A stretch of 64,000 bases of DNA, taken from contig JAYKHR010000155.1 in assembly GCA_035285125.1 (NCBI GenBank), positions 32,001 to 96,000 of the forward strand. Reading direction: 5' to 3'. Under the pieces are notes generated by a model. The model ran no database searches. It saw only the letters and a list, made by a program, of their open reading frames with translations, and had not been told where the DNA came from. Source of the DNA: Candidatus Sericytochromatia bacterium (GTDB lineage: Bacteria > Cyanobacteriota > Sericytochromatia > S15B-MN24 > JAQBPE01). Both the position numbers and the translations under genes were made by a program. Positions 37,846 to 47,155 of this stretch are shown in pieces; position 1 is the stretch's first letter; each line of letters starts with the position of its first letter.

Positions 37846-40800
37846 ATGCCCCTTCGACGCTCCCTCCCGACCTCCCTGGCAGCCCTGCTGGCCGCAACGC
37901 TGGCCACCGCCCCCCCGGCGGCGGCGGCGGCCGGGGGCACGCCAGCGGCCGAGGTCCGGAGCCCCGCCTCGGACCAGGCCTGGTGGAGCAGGCTGCAGCA
38001 GCTGATGGACCGGGGGGCCTTCCCTGCCGCCGAGGCTGAGTTGCAGGCCGCCGTGCGCGAGCACGGACGCGGTGGGGCCGAGGCCGACAGGCTGGCGTAC
38101 TGGCTCGGGTGGTGTCAGCGGCGCACGGAGCAGCCGCGCCCCGCGCTGGCGACCCTGGTGACGGTGCCTGCGGCCTCGCGCTGGCACGTGAAGGCCTTGG
38201 AGGAGCGGGCGGCCATCTCGCGGGCGCTCGGCGACGACGACGCGGCGATCGCCCTCTACGAGCAGCTGCTGGGCCTGCTCAGCGAGGACCGCAAGGACCC
38301 GACGCGCGCGGCCCTCGCAGACCTCTACTTCACCAGCGGCCAGTACCCCCGGGCCCAGTCGCTCTACCTGACGCTGGCCAACACCTACGGCCCCCACCAG
38401 GAGCGGGCCATGTTCGCGTGGGGCTGGACGTTGCTGCGTCTGAAACAGGAAGACGCCGCGGTGAACATCTGGAAGCAGGCCCTCGAGAAGTTCCCCACCA
38501 GCAGGTTCGGCCACGCCGTGCGGCTGGCGCTGGGCAACATGATGTGGGCCCGCGGCGACCACCTCTCGGCCAGCACCTACTACAACGAGGCCGCCCGGCA
38601 GGGCCGCCAGGGTGCCGGGGGCGGCCCGGACGAGGCGCTGATGGCCCGCGCCGAGCTCCTCGCCGGAGAGGCCTATGCGGACGACAAAGACTACGCGCTC
38701 GCCCTGAGCCACTACCGGGCGGTGCCGTCCGACAGCCCCCTGCTCGAGCCCGCCGCGTACGGGACGGCCTGGGCCACGTGGCAGCAAGGCAAGTTCGCGG
38801 AAGCCCGACAGCTGTTCACCGCCTGGCTTGACCGCTACCCGCGGAGCAACTACCGGGCGGCTGCCCTCTACGCCCTCGGCATCGTCGAACGCGAACTCGG
38901 TGATGAGGCAGCAGGCCTCGACCACCTCCGCCTGGTGTCGCGCGTCGCCCCCCGCTCGAGCTGGTCGGAGGATGCCCTGTACGTGCTGGTGCGCGCCGCC
39001 TTCCGCGCGAATGACGGCGAAACGGCGGTCTCCCTCGGGCGCCGGCTCGAGCTGCAGTTCCCCAGGAGCCGATGGCTCGGCCCGGTGCTCTGGATGCGCG
39101 GCGAGGCGCATCTCGCGGCGGGAGACTGGGGCGACGCCGTGAGGGCCTACACGCAGCTGTCGGTGCTCGGGAACCTGGCCTTCCTGGCCGGCCAGGCCGA
39201 AGAGGTAGACTACAAGATCGGCATTGCCCACTTCTATGCCGGCACCTACCCCGAGGCTGCGCGGGTGTTGGAGGGCGTGACGGGCGGCCCGCTGGTGCCA
39301 GACGCGACGTTCTGGGGGGGCGAGGCGCGCTACAGGTTGGGGCAGTACGACTCGGCCCGGGCGCAGTTCCAGCGGCTGCTCACGCAGCATCCCGATCACC
39401 CCAAGGTGCCCGAGGCCTGGTACGGGCTCGGCTGGTCCTGCCATCAGTTGAACGACATGGCCGGCGCCCGCGCAGCCTTCACGGAGGCCGCACGGCGGCT
39501 GCCCGAGGGCCGGATGCGCCAGGACGCGGCCTACAGGTTGGGGCTGGTGCTGGTCGAGCTCAAGGAATGGGAGCAGGCCCGCAAGGCCCTGCAGGCCCTG
39601 CTCGACGGTCAGGTGGCGCCCAACGTCGCGGCCGACGCGCGGTTCCAGATAGCCTGGAGCCTGTATCGCCAGGACCGGCACGCCGAGGCCGCCGAGGCCT
39701 TCGCGGCGGTGGCGGAGGCGCCCGGTGCGGGCGAAAGGGCGGCGCGGGCCCTGCTCTGGCAGGGGCGCGCGTGGTTCCTCCTGAAGCGCCTGCCGGACGC
39801 CATCCGGGCACTGAAGCTCGCCACCGAGCACCCCGCGGCGACAGCGCAGTTGAGGCTCGAAGCCAGCCAGCAGCTGGCCGCAGCCCACTTCAACAGCGGC
39901 CACTACGACGAGGCCAGGCAGATCTACGAGGGCCTGCTCGGGGGTGGCGATCTGCCCCCGGAACATGTCGCCGACTTGCGTCACGAGGTCGTGCAGGCGC
40001 TGCTCAAGGCCGGACGCTTCCAGCAAGCCCGGGCCGAGTTGCTCAAGGGCGGCCCACCGCGGGAGGCTGACCAGGCGTCGTGGCTCGACATCGCGCGTGG
40101 CCTGCGGGAGCAGCGCGCCTGGGACGAGGTCATCGAGACGCAGCGCACCTGCGGGGAGGTCAGCCCACCACAACTCCGGCTGTGGGCGGGGCAGGCGCTC
40201 GTCGAGAAGAAGAGCTGGGCCGATGCCCTGTCGGTGCTCGGGCCCCTCCGTGAGGCCAACGACGGCGAGCTCCGGGCCCAGGCCATCTACCAGGTTGCCC
40301 GTGCCGCGCGCGGCGCGGGCAACCTCGCTGACGCGCGCATCCAGCTGCTGGCCCTGGCCGACGGCTATCCGGCCTCCGAGATCGGCGCCCAGGCCCTGCG
40401 AGAAGCCGCCGACGTGGCCCGCGAGCAACGGGAGCCAGCGCAGGCCCAGGCGCTCCTACGGCGGCTCGCCGAGACGCGGGCCTACCCGGCCGAGCGCCGG
40501 CAGCAGGCCTGGATGGACCTCGGCGACATGCACCGGGGCGCCAAGCAGTGGGGCCCGGCGCTGCTCGCCTACCGCGGCGCCCGGGGGCTGGGGCAGCCTG
40601 GCTCCGTGGCGTCGGCGCTCGGTGGCTACTGGGCCGGCAGCGTGCTGGTGGAGATGCGCCAGTTCAAGGAGGCGGTGCGCGAGCTGTCCACGATCAAGCC
40701 GCCTGAGGGGGCCGAGCCCCTGCCTGCCCTGATCGGGCTGAAGCACGGCGAGGCGCTTGAGCAGCTGGAACGCTGGCGGGAGGCCGCTGAGATCTACGCG

Positions 40801-40896
40801 AAGCTGGCGCGGGGGGCGGCATCGCCTGAGAGCAAGGACGCCAAGGACCGGCTTGCTTGGATCCTCGAGAACGTCCCCCCGGAGAGCCGCCGATGA
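37846..40896 (+). CDS. Large secreted tetratricopeptide-repeat protein (BamD/CpoB-like TPR arrays)
   Basis: Signal peptide; many TPR units (ALYALG, AWYGLGW, ARFQIAW, YP.S motifs) over about 1000 aa. Confidence 0.9.
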   Translation: MPLRRSLPTSLAALLAATLATAPPAAAAAGGTPAAEVRSPASDQAWWSRLQQLMDRGAFPAAEAELQAAVREHGRGGAEADRLAYWLGWCQRRTEQPRPALATLVTVPAASRWHVKALEERAAISRALGDDDAAIALYEQLLGLLSEDRKDPTRAALADLYFTSGQYPRAQSLYLTLANTYGPHQERAMFAWGWTLLRLKQEDAAVNIWKQALEKFPTSRFGHAVRLALGNMMWARGDHLSASTYYNEAARQGRQGAGGGPDEALMARAELLAGEAYADDKDYALALSHYRAVPSDSPLLEPAAYGTAWATWQQGKFAEARQLFTAWLDRYPRSNYRAAALYALGIVERELGDEAAGLDHLRLVSRVAPRSSWSEDALYVLVRAAFRANDGETAVSLGRRLELQFPRSRWLGPVLWMRGEAHLAAGDWGDAVRAYTQLSVLGNLAFLAGQAEEVDYKIGIAHFYAGTYPEAARVLEGVTGGPLVPDATFWGGEARYRLGQYDSARAQFQRLLTQHPDHPKVPEAWYGLGWSCHQLNDMAGARAAFTEAARRLPEGRMRQDAAYRLGLVLVELKEWEQARKALQALLDGQVAPNVAADARFQIAWSLYRQDRHAEAAEAFAAVAEAPGAGERAARALLWQGRAWFLLKRLPDAIRALKLATEHPAATAQLRLEASQQLAAAHFNSGHYDEARQIYEGLLGGGDLPPEHVADLRHEVVQALLKAGRFQQARAELLKGGPPREADQASWLDIARGLREQRAWDEVIETQRTCGEVSPPQLRLWAGQALVEKKSWADALSVLGPLREANDGELRAQAIYQVARAARGAGNLADARIQLLALADGYPASEIGAQALREAADVAREQREPAQAQALLRRLAETRAYPAERRQQAWMDLGDMHRGAKQWGPALLAYRGARGLGQPGSVASALGGYWAGSVLVEMRQFKEAVRELSTIKPPEGAEPLPALIGLKHGEALEQLERWREAAEIYAKLARGAASPESKDAKDRLAWILENVPPESRR

Positions 40897-42467
40897 GAAC
40901 CAGCCGCTTGTTCTGGGCCGCCTGCACCGCGGCCGTCACCGCAAGCTGGGGCGCCACGGCGCAGGCCGAGGAAGGCCCGTCTCAGGCCGAGAAGCTGCCC
41001 GTCCAGCTGCCGACTGTCACGGTGCAGGGCGATGACCGCTCGCGACCCGATGCGGGTGGCACGGCCCGCCTGACGCCCTCCAACGACGTGCGGGACAGCC
41101 GCGTGCGGCTGCCCGACCCGGCACAGCGCCGCGCGACGGCAGAGGAGGCCAAGGGCCTGATGGTCTCCGTCACCCCCTCGACGGTGGAAGCCCCGGCACC
41201 GCTGCCGTCGCCGCGGATGCCCTTCACGAGCATCACCGGCGGCTGGGGCCCGCCGCTGCAGTACCGGGCCGGCCTCTATGACGCCCGCTGGCTCGGGCCC
41301 GTGCTGGCCCTCAGCGAGCTGGAGAGCCAGAGCGGGATGGGCTGGGTCGGCCTGCGCGGCCGCGAGTGGCTCGACTGGCCGGGCCTGGGACGGGTGGGAG
41401 GCCTGGGAGAGACCTTCGGCTGGGAGGTAGACAGCCTGCGAGGGGGGCAGTCGGCCTGGGCCATCGCCCTCGATCTGGGACAGTCGAGCACCTGGACGGG
41501 CACGCTGCGGCATGACCGCGGCGCGGCGAGCGTGACGGGGGGCGCGGAGCTGCTCGTGGCACGCACGGGCGCCCACACGGAGTGGCGCCCCACCGGATTC
41601 GCGAGCGACCACCAACCACTCGTCGCCCTGACGGCGCAGCACCGCGTCTGGGGCCGCCAGGCGGGCGCAGAGGCCTACTTGCGGCTGGCCGATCGGTGGA
41701 CGCTCACGGACAGCCTGGCCATGGAGTGGGGCCTCGGCGGCGGCCACTGGGGGCGCGAGCCCATCCTCGACCCGTCCTTCACCTTCCATTACCGCCCCTC
41801 GGTGCTCACGCACCTCTTTGCGGGCCTCAAGGCAGCCAGCGAGCTGCCCGACTTCGACGGGCTCTACCTGCGGCGCCCGGCGACGGCCCCGAACGACGAC
41901 CTGAACGCTGAGCGCGTCGAGGGCTGGGCCGAACTGGGCGGCAGCCACCGCCTCTCCGAGCGCCTCTGGGTGCGCGTGACGGGGGACGTGCGGCGCAGCT
42001 GGCGGCACATCTTCTGGGCGGACCCCGAGCGCGACGGGCTGTGGGTGCCCCTCAACGCAGCGGGCGAGCAGTGGTCGCCGCGCGTGGACGCCCAGGTCCA
42101 GCTCGAGTGGAAACCCCGGTTGCAGCAGACGCTGCGCTACCGGGGGCGCACGACACTTCCTTTGGGCACCACCGAGCACCGGGTGTCCACGGGGCTCGAG
42201 GCCTCGCTGCCCGGCCCCGGCGGCTCACCCATTGCAGCCACGGCCTCGCTGGCCTGGCAGCAGGCGACGCTGTCCGCGCTCCAGCTGCCTGGCGGCGGGG
42301 CCGCGACGGGGCTCTTCGCAGAGGCCGACTTTCGCTTCCCCCTCACGGCTGACCTCGCCCTCGGGTTGCGTGCCGCCGACCTGCCCCTCTTGCTCCAGCA
42401 GCCCAGCGCCAGAAACTACTTCGCCCCGGCGCCGCTCCTGACAGCCTATGCCCAGTACCAGTTCTGA
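40893..42467 (+). CDS. Outer-membrane beta-barrel, TonB-dependent-receptor-like
   Basis: ATGA overlap with the TPR gene; signal peptide; TonB-box-like LPTVTVQG; P.F..LY..NDDL.AER motif; C-terminal AYAQYQF barrel signature. Confidence 0.72.
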   Translation: MRTSRLFWAACTAAVTASWGATAQAEEGPSQAEKLPVQLPTVTVQGDDRSRPDAGGTARLTPSNDVRDSRVRLPDPAQRRATAEEAKGLMVSVTPSTVEAPAPLPSPRMPFTSITGGWGPPLQYRAGLYDARWLGPVLALSELESQSGMGWVGLRGREWLDWPGLGRVGGLGETFGWEVDSLRGGQSAWAIALDLGQSSTWTGTLRHDRGAASVTGGAELLVARTGAHTEWRPTGFASDHQPLVALTAQHRVWGRQAGAEAYLRLADRWTLTDSLAMEWGLGGGHWGREPILDPSFTFHYRPSVLTHLFAGLKAASELPDFDGLYLRRPATAPNDDLNAERVEGWAELGGSHRLSERLWVRVTGDVRRSWRHIFWADPERDGLWVPLNAAGEQWSPRVDAQVQLEWKPRLQQTLRYRGRTTLPLGTTEHRVSTGLEASLPGPGGSPIAATASLAWQQATLSALQLPGGGAATGLFAEADFRFPLTADLALGLRAADLPLLLQQPSARNYFAPAPLLTAYAQYQF

Positions 42468-42491
42468 GGCCACCGTGCCTGGGAGGCTCCC

Positions 42492-43421
42492 GTGACCCCC
42501 TCCGAGCGCCCCGCGCGCAACGTGCACCCCGGCAGCGCCTATGCCCGCCGCAAGGGGCTCTCGGGGTACGGCGGGGGCGCCGGGCGGGCCCGCCGGAAGG
42601 CCCCCGTCGTGCGCGGGGCCGATCCCCAGTTCCGCTGGACCGCGCGGGGGGTGTCGCTCGGCCTCCACGTCCTGGTGGCGGCGCTGCTGCTGGCCGTGGG
42701 CCCGCTACAGCCGGCCCCACCCGAACAGGCCCGCAAGCCCGTCACGGTGGTCGAGGTCGAGTTCGTGGACTTGCCGGCCCCTCGCCCCGCCAAGGCTGCC
42801 GCCCCGGCCCCCGCCACCAAGGTGGCCAAGGCGGCCGAGCCTCCGGCCCCGGTTCGGCCCGTGCCGGAGCCCCGCCCCGAGGTGGCGGCCCGCCCAAAGC
42901 CAGCGGCGCGGCGGGTGGCGCGGCCTGTCCCGCAGACCCGGCCGCAGCCCGTGCGGGAGGCCCCCCAGCTCGTGTCCCGCCCAGCCCCGCCCAAGCCGGA
43001 CCTCCGGCAACTCGCGGCCGCTCGACGCCGCGGCGCCGAGACAGACCCGGCAGCCCGGCTGGCCGCCCTGCGTCAGGGCGTGGCGGATCCCAACACGGCC
43101 CCTGGGGCCTCTCGGCCCGGCGGCCAACCCTCCGTCACCCAGGCAGCGCCCTACGGCGATCTGGCCGGGCGAGGCGTCGCCTACGCCCCCAGGCCCACCT
43201 ACCCCGCCGCCGCCCAGGAGCAAGCCCTGGAGGGCCGCGTGAGCGTTCAGGTGTTCGTCAGCCCCGAGGGCCGCGTGCTGGAGGCCCGGGTCTCAGAGTC
43301 CTCCGGCTATCCGGCGATTGACCGGGCGGCGCTCACGGCGGCCGGACGCTACCGGTTCGTGCGGCGAGAGGGGACGCAGACCGAACAGGGCGTCATCCCC
43401 TTCGACTTCCGCATCGACTGA
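42492..43421 (+). CDS. tonB: TonB family energy transducer
   Basis: SLGLH TM motif (SxxxH), P-rich linker, C-terminal PTYPAAA..EGRV.VQVFVSPEG.V..SSG...IDRAAL. Confidence 0.88.
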   Translation: MTPSERPARNVHPGSAYARRKGLSGYGGGAGRARRKAPVVRGADPQFRWTARGVSLGLHVLVAALLLAVGPLQPAPPEQARKPVTVVEVEFVDLPAPRPAKAAAPAPATKVAKAAEPPAPVRPVPEPRPEVAARPKPAARRVARPVPQTRPQPVREAPQLVSRPAPPKPDLRQLAAARRRGAETDPAARLAALRQGVADPNTAPGASRPGGQPSVTQAAPYGDLAGRGVAYAPRPTYPAAAQEQALEGRVSVQVFVSPEGRVLEARVSESSGYPAIDRAALTAAGRYRFVRREGTQTEQGVIPFDFRID

Positions 43422-43434
43422 GCGCCACGCGCCC

Positions 43435-43647
43435 TCACATCCCCTCTTCGCCCTCAGCGCCCTCCTCGGGCGCGGCGGCCTGCTGGATGCCGAGCATTTT
43501 GCGCGTCTCGGCGATGGTCTGCGTCACACCCTTCGGGTCCGACTTGTAGACCAAGTAGCCCGAACCCGCGCAGACGCCCATTCCGAACACGATCAGAAGG
43601 AAGGCGCCAAACCAGGAGGGCCCAGCTTGCTCATTGGATGCGGCCAT
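43435..43647 (-). CDS. Small hypothetical membrane protein
   Basis: 70 aa with one TM helix; GAGG RBS upstream. Confidence 0.6.
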   Translation of the reverse strand: MAASNEQAGPSWFGAFLLIVFGMGVCAGSGYLVYKSDPKGVTQTIAETRKMLGIQQAAAPEEGAEGEEGM

Positions 43648-43730
43648 GGCGACACCTCAGGACAAACGACAGTCTCCGAGGGTCTCATACCCAACCAGAC
43701 TGCCGCGCTAGCAGCCCGGGAGGCGACGCT

Positions 43731-44666
43731 TCAGGTCACGAGGCTGCGCAAGCGGGCGCTGAGGTAGTCCACGGCCATCACGAGGACAATGAGCACCAGG
43801 ACCGTCATCGACGCCTGCTGGTACTGGAACATCCGGAAGTCGCTGACCATCAGGAAGCCGATGCCGCCGGCGCCGATCATCCCCAGCACCGCCGCCGCGC
43901 GGATGTTCGTCTCGAAGCGGTACAGCAGGAAGGAGATGAAGGCCGGCATCACCTGCGGCAGCACGGCGAAGCTGAGCACCTGCCCGTAGCCGGCCCCGGT
44001 GGCACGCAGGGCCTCGACCACCCCCTCGTCGATGCCCTCGATCGCCTCGGCGAAGAGCTTCACGAGCACCGTCGCGGTGTGGAAGGCCAGCGCCAGCGTG
44101 CCCGCAAAGGGGCCGAGGCCGATGGCCGCGACGAGCACCAGGGCCACGGCGAAGTCAGGCACCGTGCGCAGGAAGTTCGAGACGAACTTGATGACGTGGT
44201 ACACCGCCACGTGGGGCGTGGTGTTGCGCGCCCCCAGGAAGGCCAGCGGGAAGGCCGCGAACACGGCCAGCACCGTGCCGGCAAGGGCCATCTGGATGGT
44301 CTGGAGCGTGGCCCCCACAATGGTCTGCGGGAAGGTGTTCTCCCACCAATAGGCCTTGGCCTGGGCCCTGGCGGCATCGAGGGGCACGGGCAGCAGCAGT
44401 TCCCGGAAGCGCACGTCGGTGGGCTTGTCGTACACCGCAGGGTCAGTCACCCGGGTCAGGTCCGGCGGCAGCATCCGGCCGAGCGTCTCCGCCATCTGGG
44501 GGGCCCCCTGGATCAGCTCAGGCACGTTGGCCCGCACGCCGGAGAAGGCCCAGCACACGAGCCAGAGGCACAGCACGGCCACCGCGAGCGGCCGGAGGTA
44601 TTCGCCCCAGGGCCGACCCGGAGGGTCTGCCAGCTCGGCCTTCACACGAAGGTCAGCTTCAGCCAT
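43731..44666 (-). CDS. phnE: Phosphonate/phosphite ABC transporter permease
   Basis: RTVPD, GLGPFAG.LAL, KLFAEAIE (EAA loop), YRFETNIR.A.VLG.IGAGGIG. Confidence 0.92.
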   Translation of the reverse strand: MAEADLRVKAELADPPGRPWGEYLRPLAVAVLCLWLVCWAFSGVRANVPELIQGAPQMAETLGRMLPPDLTRVTDPAVYDKPTDVRFRELLLPVPLDAARAQAKAYWWENTFPQTIVGATLQTIQMALAGTVLAVFAAFPLAFLGARNTTPHVAVYHVIKFVSNFLRTVPDFAVALVLVAAIGLGPFAGTLALAFHTATVLVKLFAEAIEGIDEGVVEALRATGAGYGQVLSFAVLPQVMPAFISFLLYRFETNIRAAAVLGMIGAGGIGFLMVSDFRMFQYQQASMTVLVLIVLVMAVDYLSARLRSLVT

Positions 44667-45507
44667 TGCAGGCGCCCCCCATTGCCACGGCGGGCGTGTC
44701 CTCGGCCCGGCGGTAGATGGCCTCCACGGCCTCGTCGGTGAGGGCGTCCGGGGGGCCGTCGAAGACCACCCGCCCCCCCTGGAAGCCGACGATGCGATCG
44801 GCATACCGGCGCGCCAGTTCGAGCACGTGCAGGCTGACCAGCACGGTGATGCCGTCCTCTTGAGCCACGCGCCTGAGCGTGTCCAGCACCACGACGGAAA
44901 GCTTCGGGTCGAGGGAGGCCACCGGCTCATCCGCCAGGATCAGCGCGGGCTGCTGCATCAGCGCCCTGGCGATCGCCACCCGCTGCTGCTGCCCCCCCGA
45001 AAGCCTGTCGGCCCGCTGGTGGGCCTGAGCCAGCAACCCGACGCGTTGCAAGTTGGTCAGCGCCCGGCGCTGGTCCCGCGTGGGGAACCAGCGCAAGAGG
45101 CTGAGTGGCCCCTGGTAGCCGAGGCTGCCGGACAGCACGTTTTGCAGCACCGAAAGGCGCTTCACGAGGTTGAACTGCTGGAAGATCATCCCCACCCTGC
45201 GCCGCCAGCGCCGCAGCTGACGGTCGGACATCTTCGAGACGTCGAGCACCCCGCTGCCTGCGCCGGCCACGACCTCGGCTGGCACCTCGATGCAGCCGGC
45301 CGTCGGATCCACAAGCCTGTTGATGCAGCGCAGGAAGGTGGACTTGCCAGCGCCAGAGAGCCCGAGGATGACGACGAACTCGCCCCGACGGAACGACAGG
45401 TTCACGTCCGTGAGAATCGCCGGGCCGCTGCCATAGGCTTTGTGCAGCCCGCGAACTTCCAGGCAGACGGACGACGGGGAGGCGGATTGACCGAGGGGGG
45501 CGGACAC
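44659..45507 (-). CDS. phnC: Phosphonate ABC transporter ATP-binding protein
   Basis: GLSGAGKST Walker A, GMIFQQFNLV, LSGGQQQRVAIARAL, LADEPVASLDP. Confidence 0.93.
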   Translation of the reverse strand: MSAPLGQSASPSSVCLEVRGLHKAYGSGPAILTDVNLSFRRGEFVVILGLSGAGKSTFLRCINRLVDPTAGCIEVPAEVVAGAGSGVLDVSKMSDRQLRRWRRRVGMIFQQFNLVKRLSVLQNVLSGSLGYQGPLSLLRWFPTRDQRRALTNLQRVGLLAQAHQRADRLSGGQQQRVAIARALMQQPALILADEPVASLDPKLSVVVLDTLRRVAQEDGITVLVSLHVLELARRYADRIVGFQGGRVVFDGPPDALTDEAVEAIYRRAEDTPAVAMGGACNG

Positions 45508-45527
45508 GAGGAAGCGGGCTCCGGCTG

Positions 45528-46418
45528 TCAGTTCACCGTCAGGCCGACCTTGCCGAAGGCCTCACGGACGGGCTCGAAGTCGGCCGGCGCGGAGTCCACG
45601 AAGGCGTCGATGCGGTACAGGTCCCAGAGTTGCTTGCGTCCCTGCGGCGTGGCACTCATCGCCGTGAACACCCGCTTGATCTTCTGAATGGTGGCGGGCT
45701 CGAGCTGGTCGTGGACGGCGATGAGGTCGCTGGGGATCGGCTTGCTGAAGGCGATGGGCACAATCGCCTGGGCATCCGGCGACCGTGTGAGGAACTGCGT
45801 CCAGGCGGAGTCCTCACCGCGGGTGTCGTTGGAGAAGGTCGCCGCCGCGTCCACCTTTTTGTTGAGCACGGCCAGCACCGCGGCATCGTGGCCCCCGGCG
45901 TAGATCACGCGCGTGAAGTCCCGCTCGGGGTTCACGCCGGCGTTGAGGAACATCACCTTGGGGTAAATCCCCCCGGACGTGGAAGCCGGGTCGACGAAGG
46001 CGAAGGTCTTGCCCTTGAGGTCCGCGAGTTTCTTGATGCCCGAGTCACGGTGCGCGATCACGGCCGAATAGAAGAACGCCTTGCCCTTCCGTTGGGCCTT
46101 GAGGATTACCAGCGCGTGAGCCTTCTTTTCTGCCAGCACGTAGGCGCCCGGTGCGAAGAAGGCCACGTCGAGCTTGCCCGCCCGCATGGCCTCGATGATG
46201 CCCGTGTAGTCCGTCGCCACAAAAGGGACGACCTGCACCTTGAGTTCCCGGTGGAGGGCGTCGATGACGGGACGTGTCTTCTTGAGGATGTTCTGGAGGT
46301 TCTCGGAGGGCACGAAGCCCACGCGCAGGACCTTCGGCACGTAGGCATCCGCCGGCGCCCCATAGATGGTGGCGACCGCGAGCGCCGCCCCGGCCAAGGT
46401 GCGCAAGGCCTTCAGCAT
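45528..46418 (-). CDS. phnD: Phosphonate ABC transporter substrate-binding protein
   Basis: AGGAGG RBS, signal peptide, DYTGIIEAMR, FVDPASTSG, GGHDA. Confidence 0.92.
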   Translation of the reverse strand: MLKALRTLAGAALAVATIYGAPADAYVPKVLRVGFVPSENLQNILKKTRPVIDALHRELKVQVVPFVATDYTGIIEAMRAGKLDVAFFAPGAYVLAEKKAHALVILKAQRKGKAFFYSAVIAHRDSGIKKLADLKGKTFAFVDPASTSGGIYPKVMFLNAGVNPERDFTRVIYAGGHDAAVLAVLNKKVDAAATFSNDTRGEDSAWTQFLTRSPDAQAIVPIAFSKPIPSDLIAVHDQLEPATIQKIKRVFTAMSATPQGRKQLWDLYRIDAFVDSAPADFEPVREAFGKVGLTVN

Positions 46419-46598
46419 CGAGAACAACCTCCTGAGGGGCTCCAGACCTGGCCGACCGTGAATCTGTCGGAACAGACCGGCAGGTTTGAGGGATTATACC
46501 CGACGCCTGGGCATTTTGGCCGTCAAGGGATCCGCGTTGAGCGGCCCTCGAACGGCAAAGGGGAGGCCTGAAGCCTCCCCGGGGTCCCCACAGAGCCC

Positions 46599-47042
46599 TC
46601 AGTCGAGCGGGTAGCCGAGGTGAGAGGCGATGGAGCGAACCAGGCTCTCGGAGCGCTGATCGCGGCCCGCATAGCGCAGCGCGCGACGCAACGCAGCCCC
46701 GGCCTCGTCGGTGTGGCTCTCGGTGTGGCAGGCGAGGGCCACCTTGATGAGCGTCATCGGCTCGATGGCGCTCGCGACGGCCCGGCGGAACGCCAGCAAG
46801 GCCTGGTCGCCGTGGCCCTGCAGCAGGTGGATGGTTGCCTTTTCGAGGTGGCGGCACGTGAGCGTGGGCATCGGGGCCTGCACGACATAGGCCGGCAAGT
46901 GGTACTCCGCGCGGCGGTAGAAAAGCGGCTGCAGTTCGCCCTGGTCTCCGTCGAACCGGAACCGGGTGGCGTTCGCGTCGACGGTGATCTCGACGGCGGC
47001 CGGGGCTTCGACGGCAACTGCACGGAGGCGCTTGGTGGCCAT
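46599..47042 (-). CDS. Hypothetical protein with TPR-like C-terminal helices
   Basis: 147-aa ORF with GAGG upstream; helical ALLAFRRAV...ALRRALRY segment. Confidence 0.6.
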   Translation of the reverse strand: MATKRLRAVAVEAPAAVEITVDANATRFRFDGDQGELQPLFYRRAEYHLPAYVVQAPMPTLTCRHLEKATIHLLQGHGDQALLAFRRAVASAIEPMTLIKVALACHTESHTDEAGAALRRALRYAGRDQRSESLVRSIASHLGYPLD

Positions 47043-47155
47043 AGGAAAAAACCTCTCGTTCCGATTACATCACACGTGGCCATCTTATACCGAACGGGCG
47101 TGACGCGCCCGCCACCATTGACAAGCATTTGCCGAAGAATTAATGAGCCATTAAC

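Noticed and set aside
37693..40428. Very long antisense and alternate-frame ORFs (also 312-2147, 6416-8551, 25732-28182, 30124-32310, 49618-51615)
   Set aside because: Shadow ORFs expected at high GC; they overlap well-supported genes and carry no recognisable motifs.
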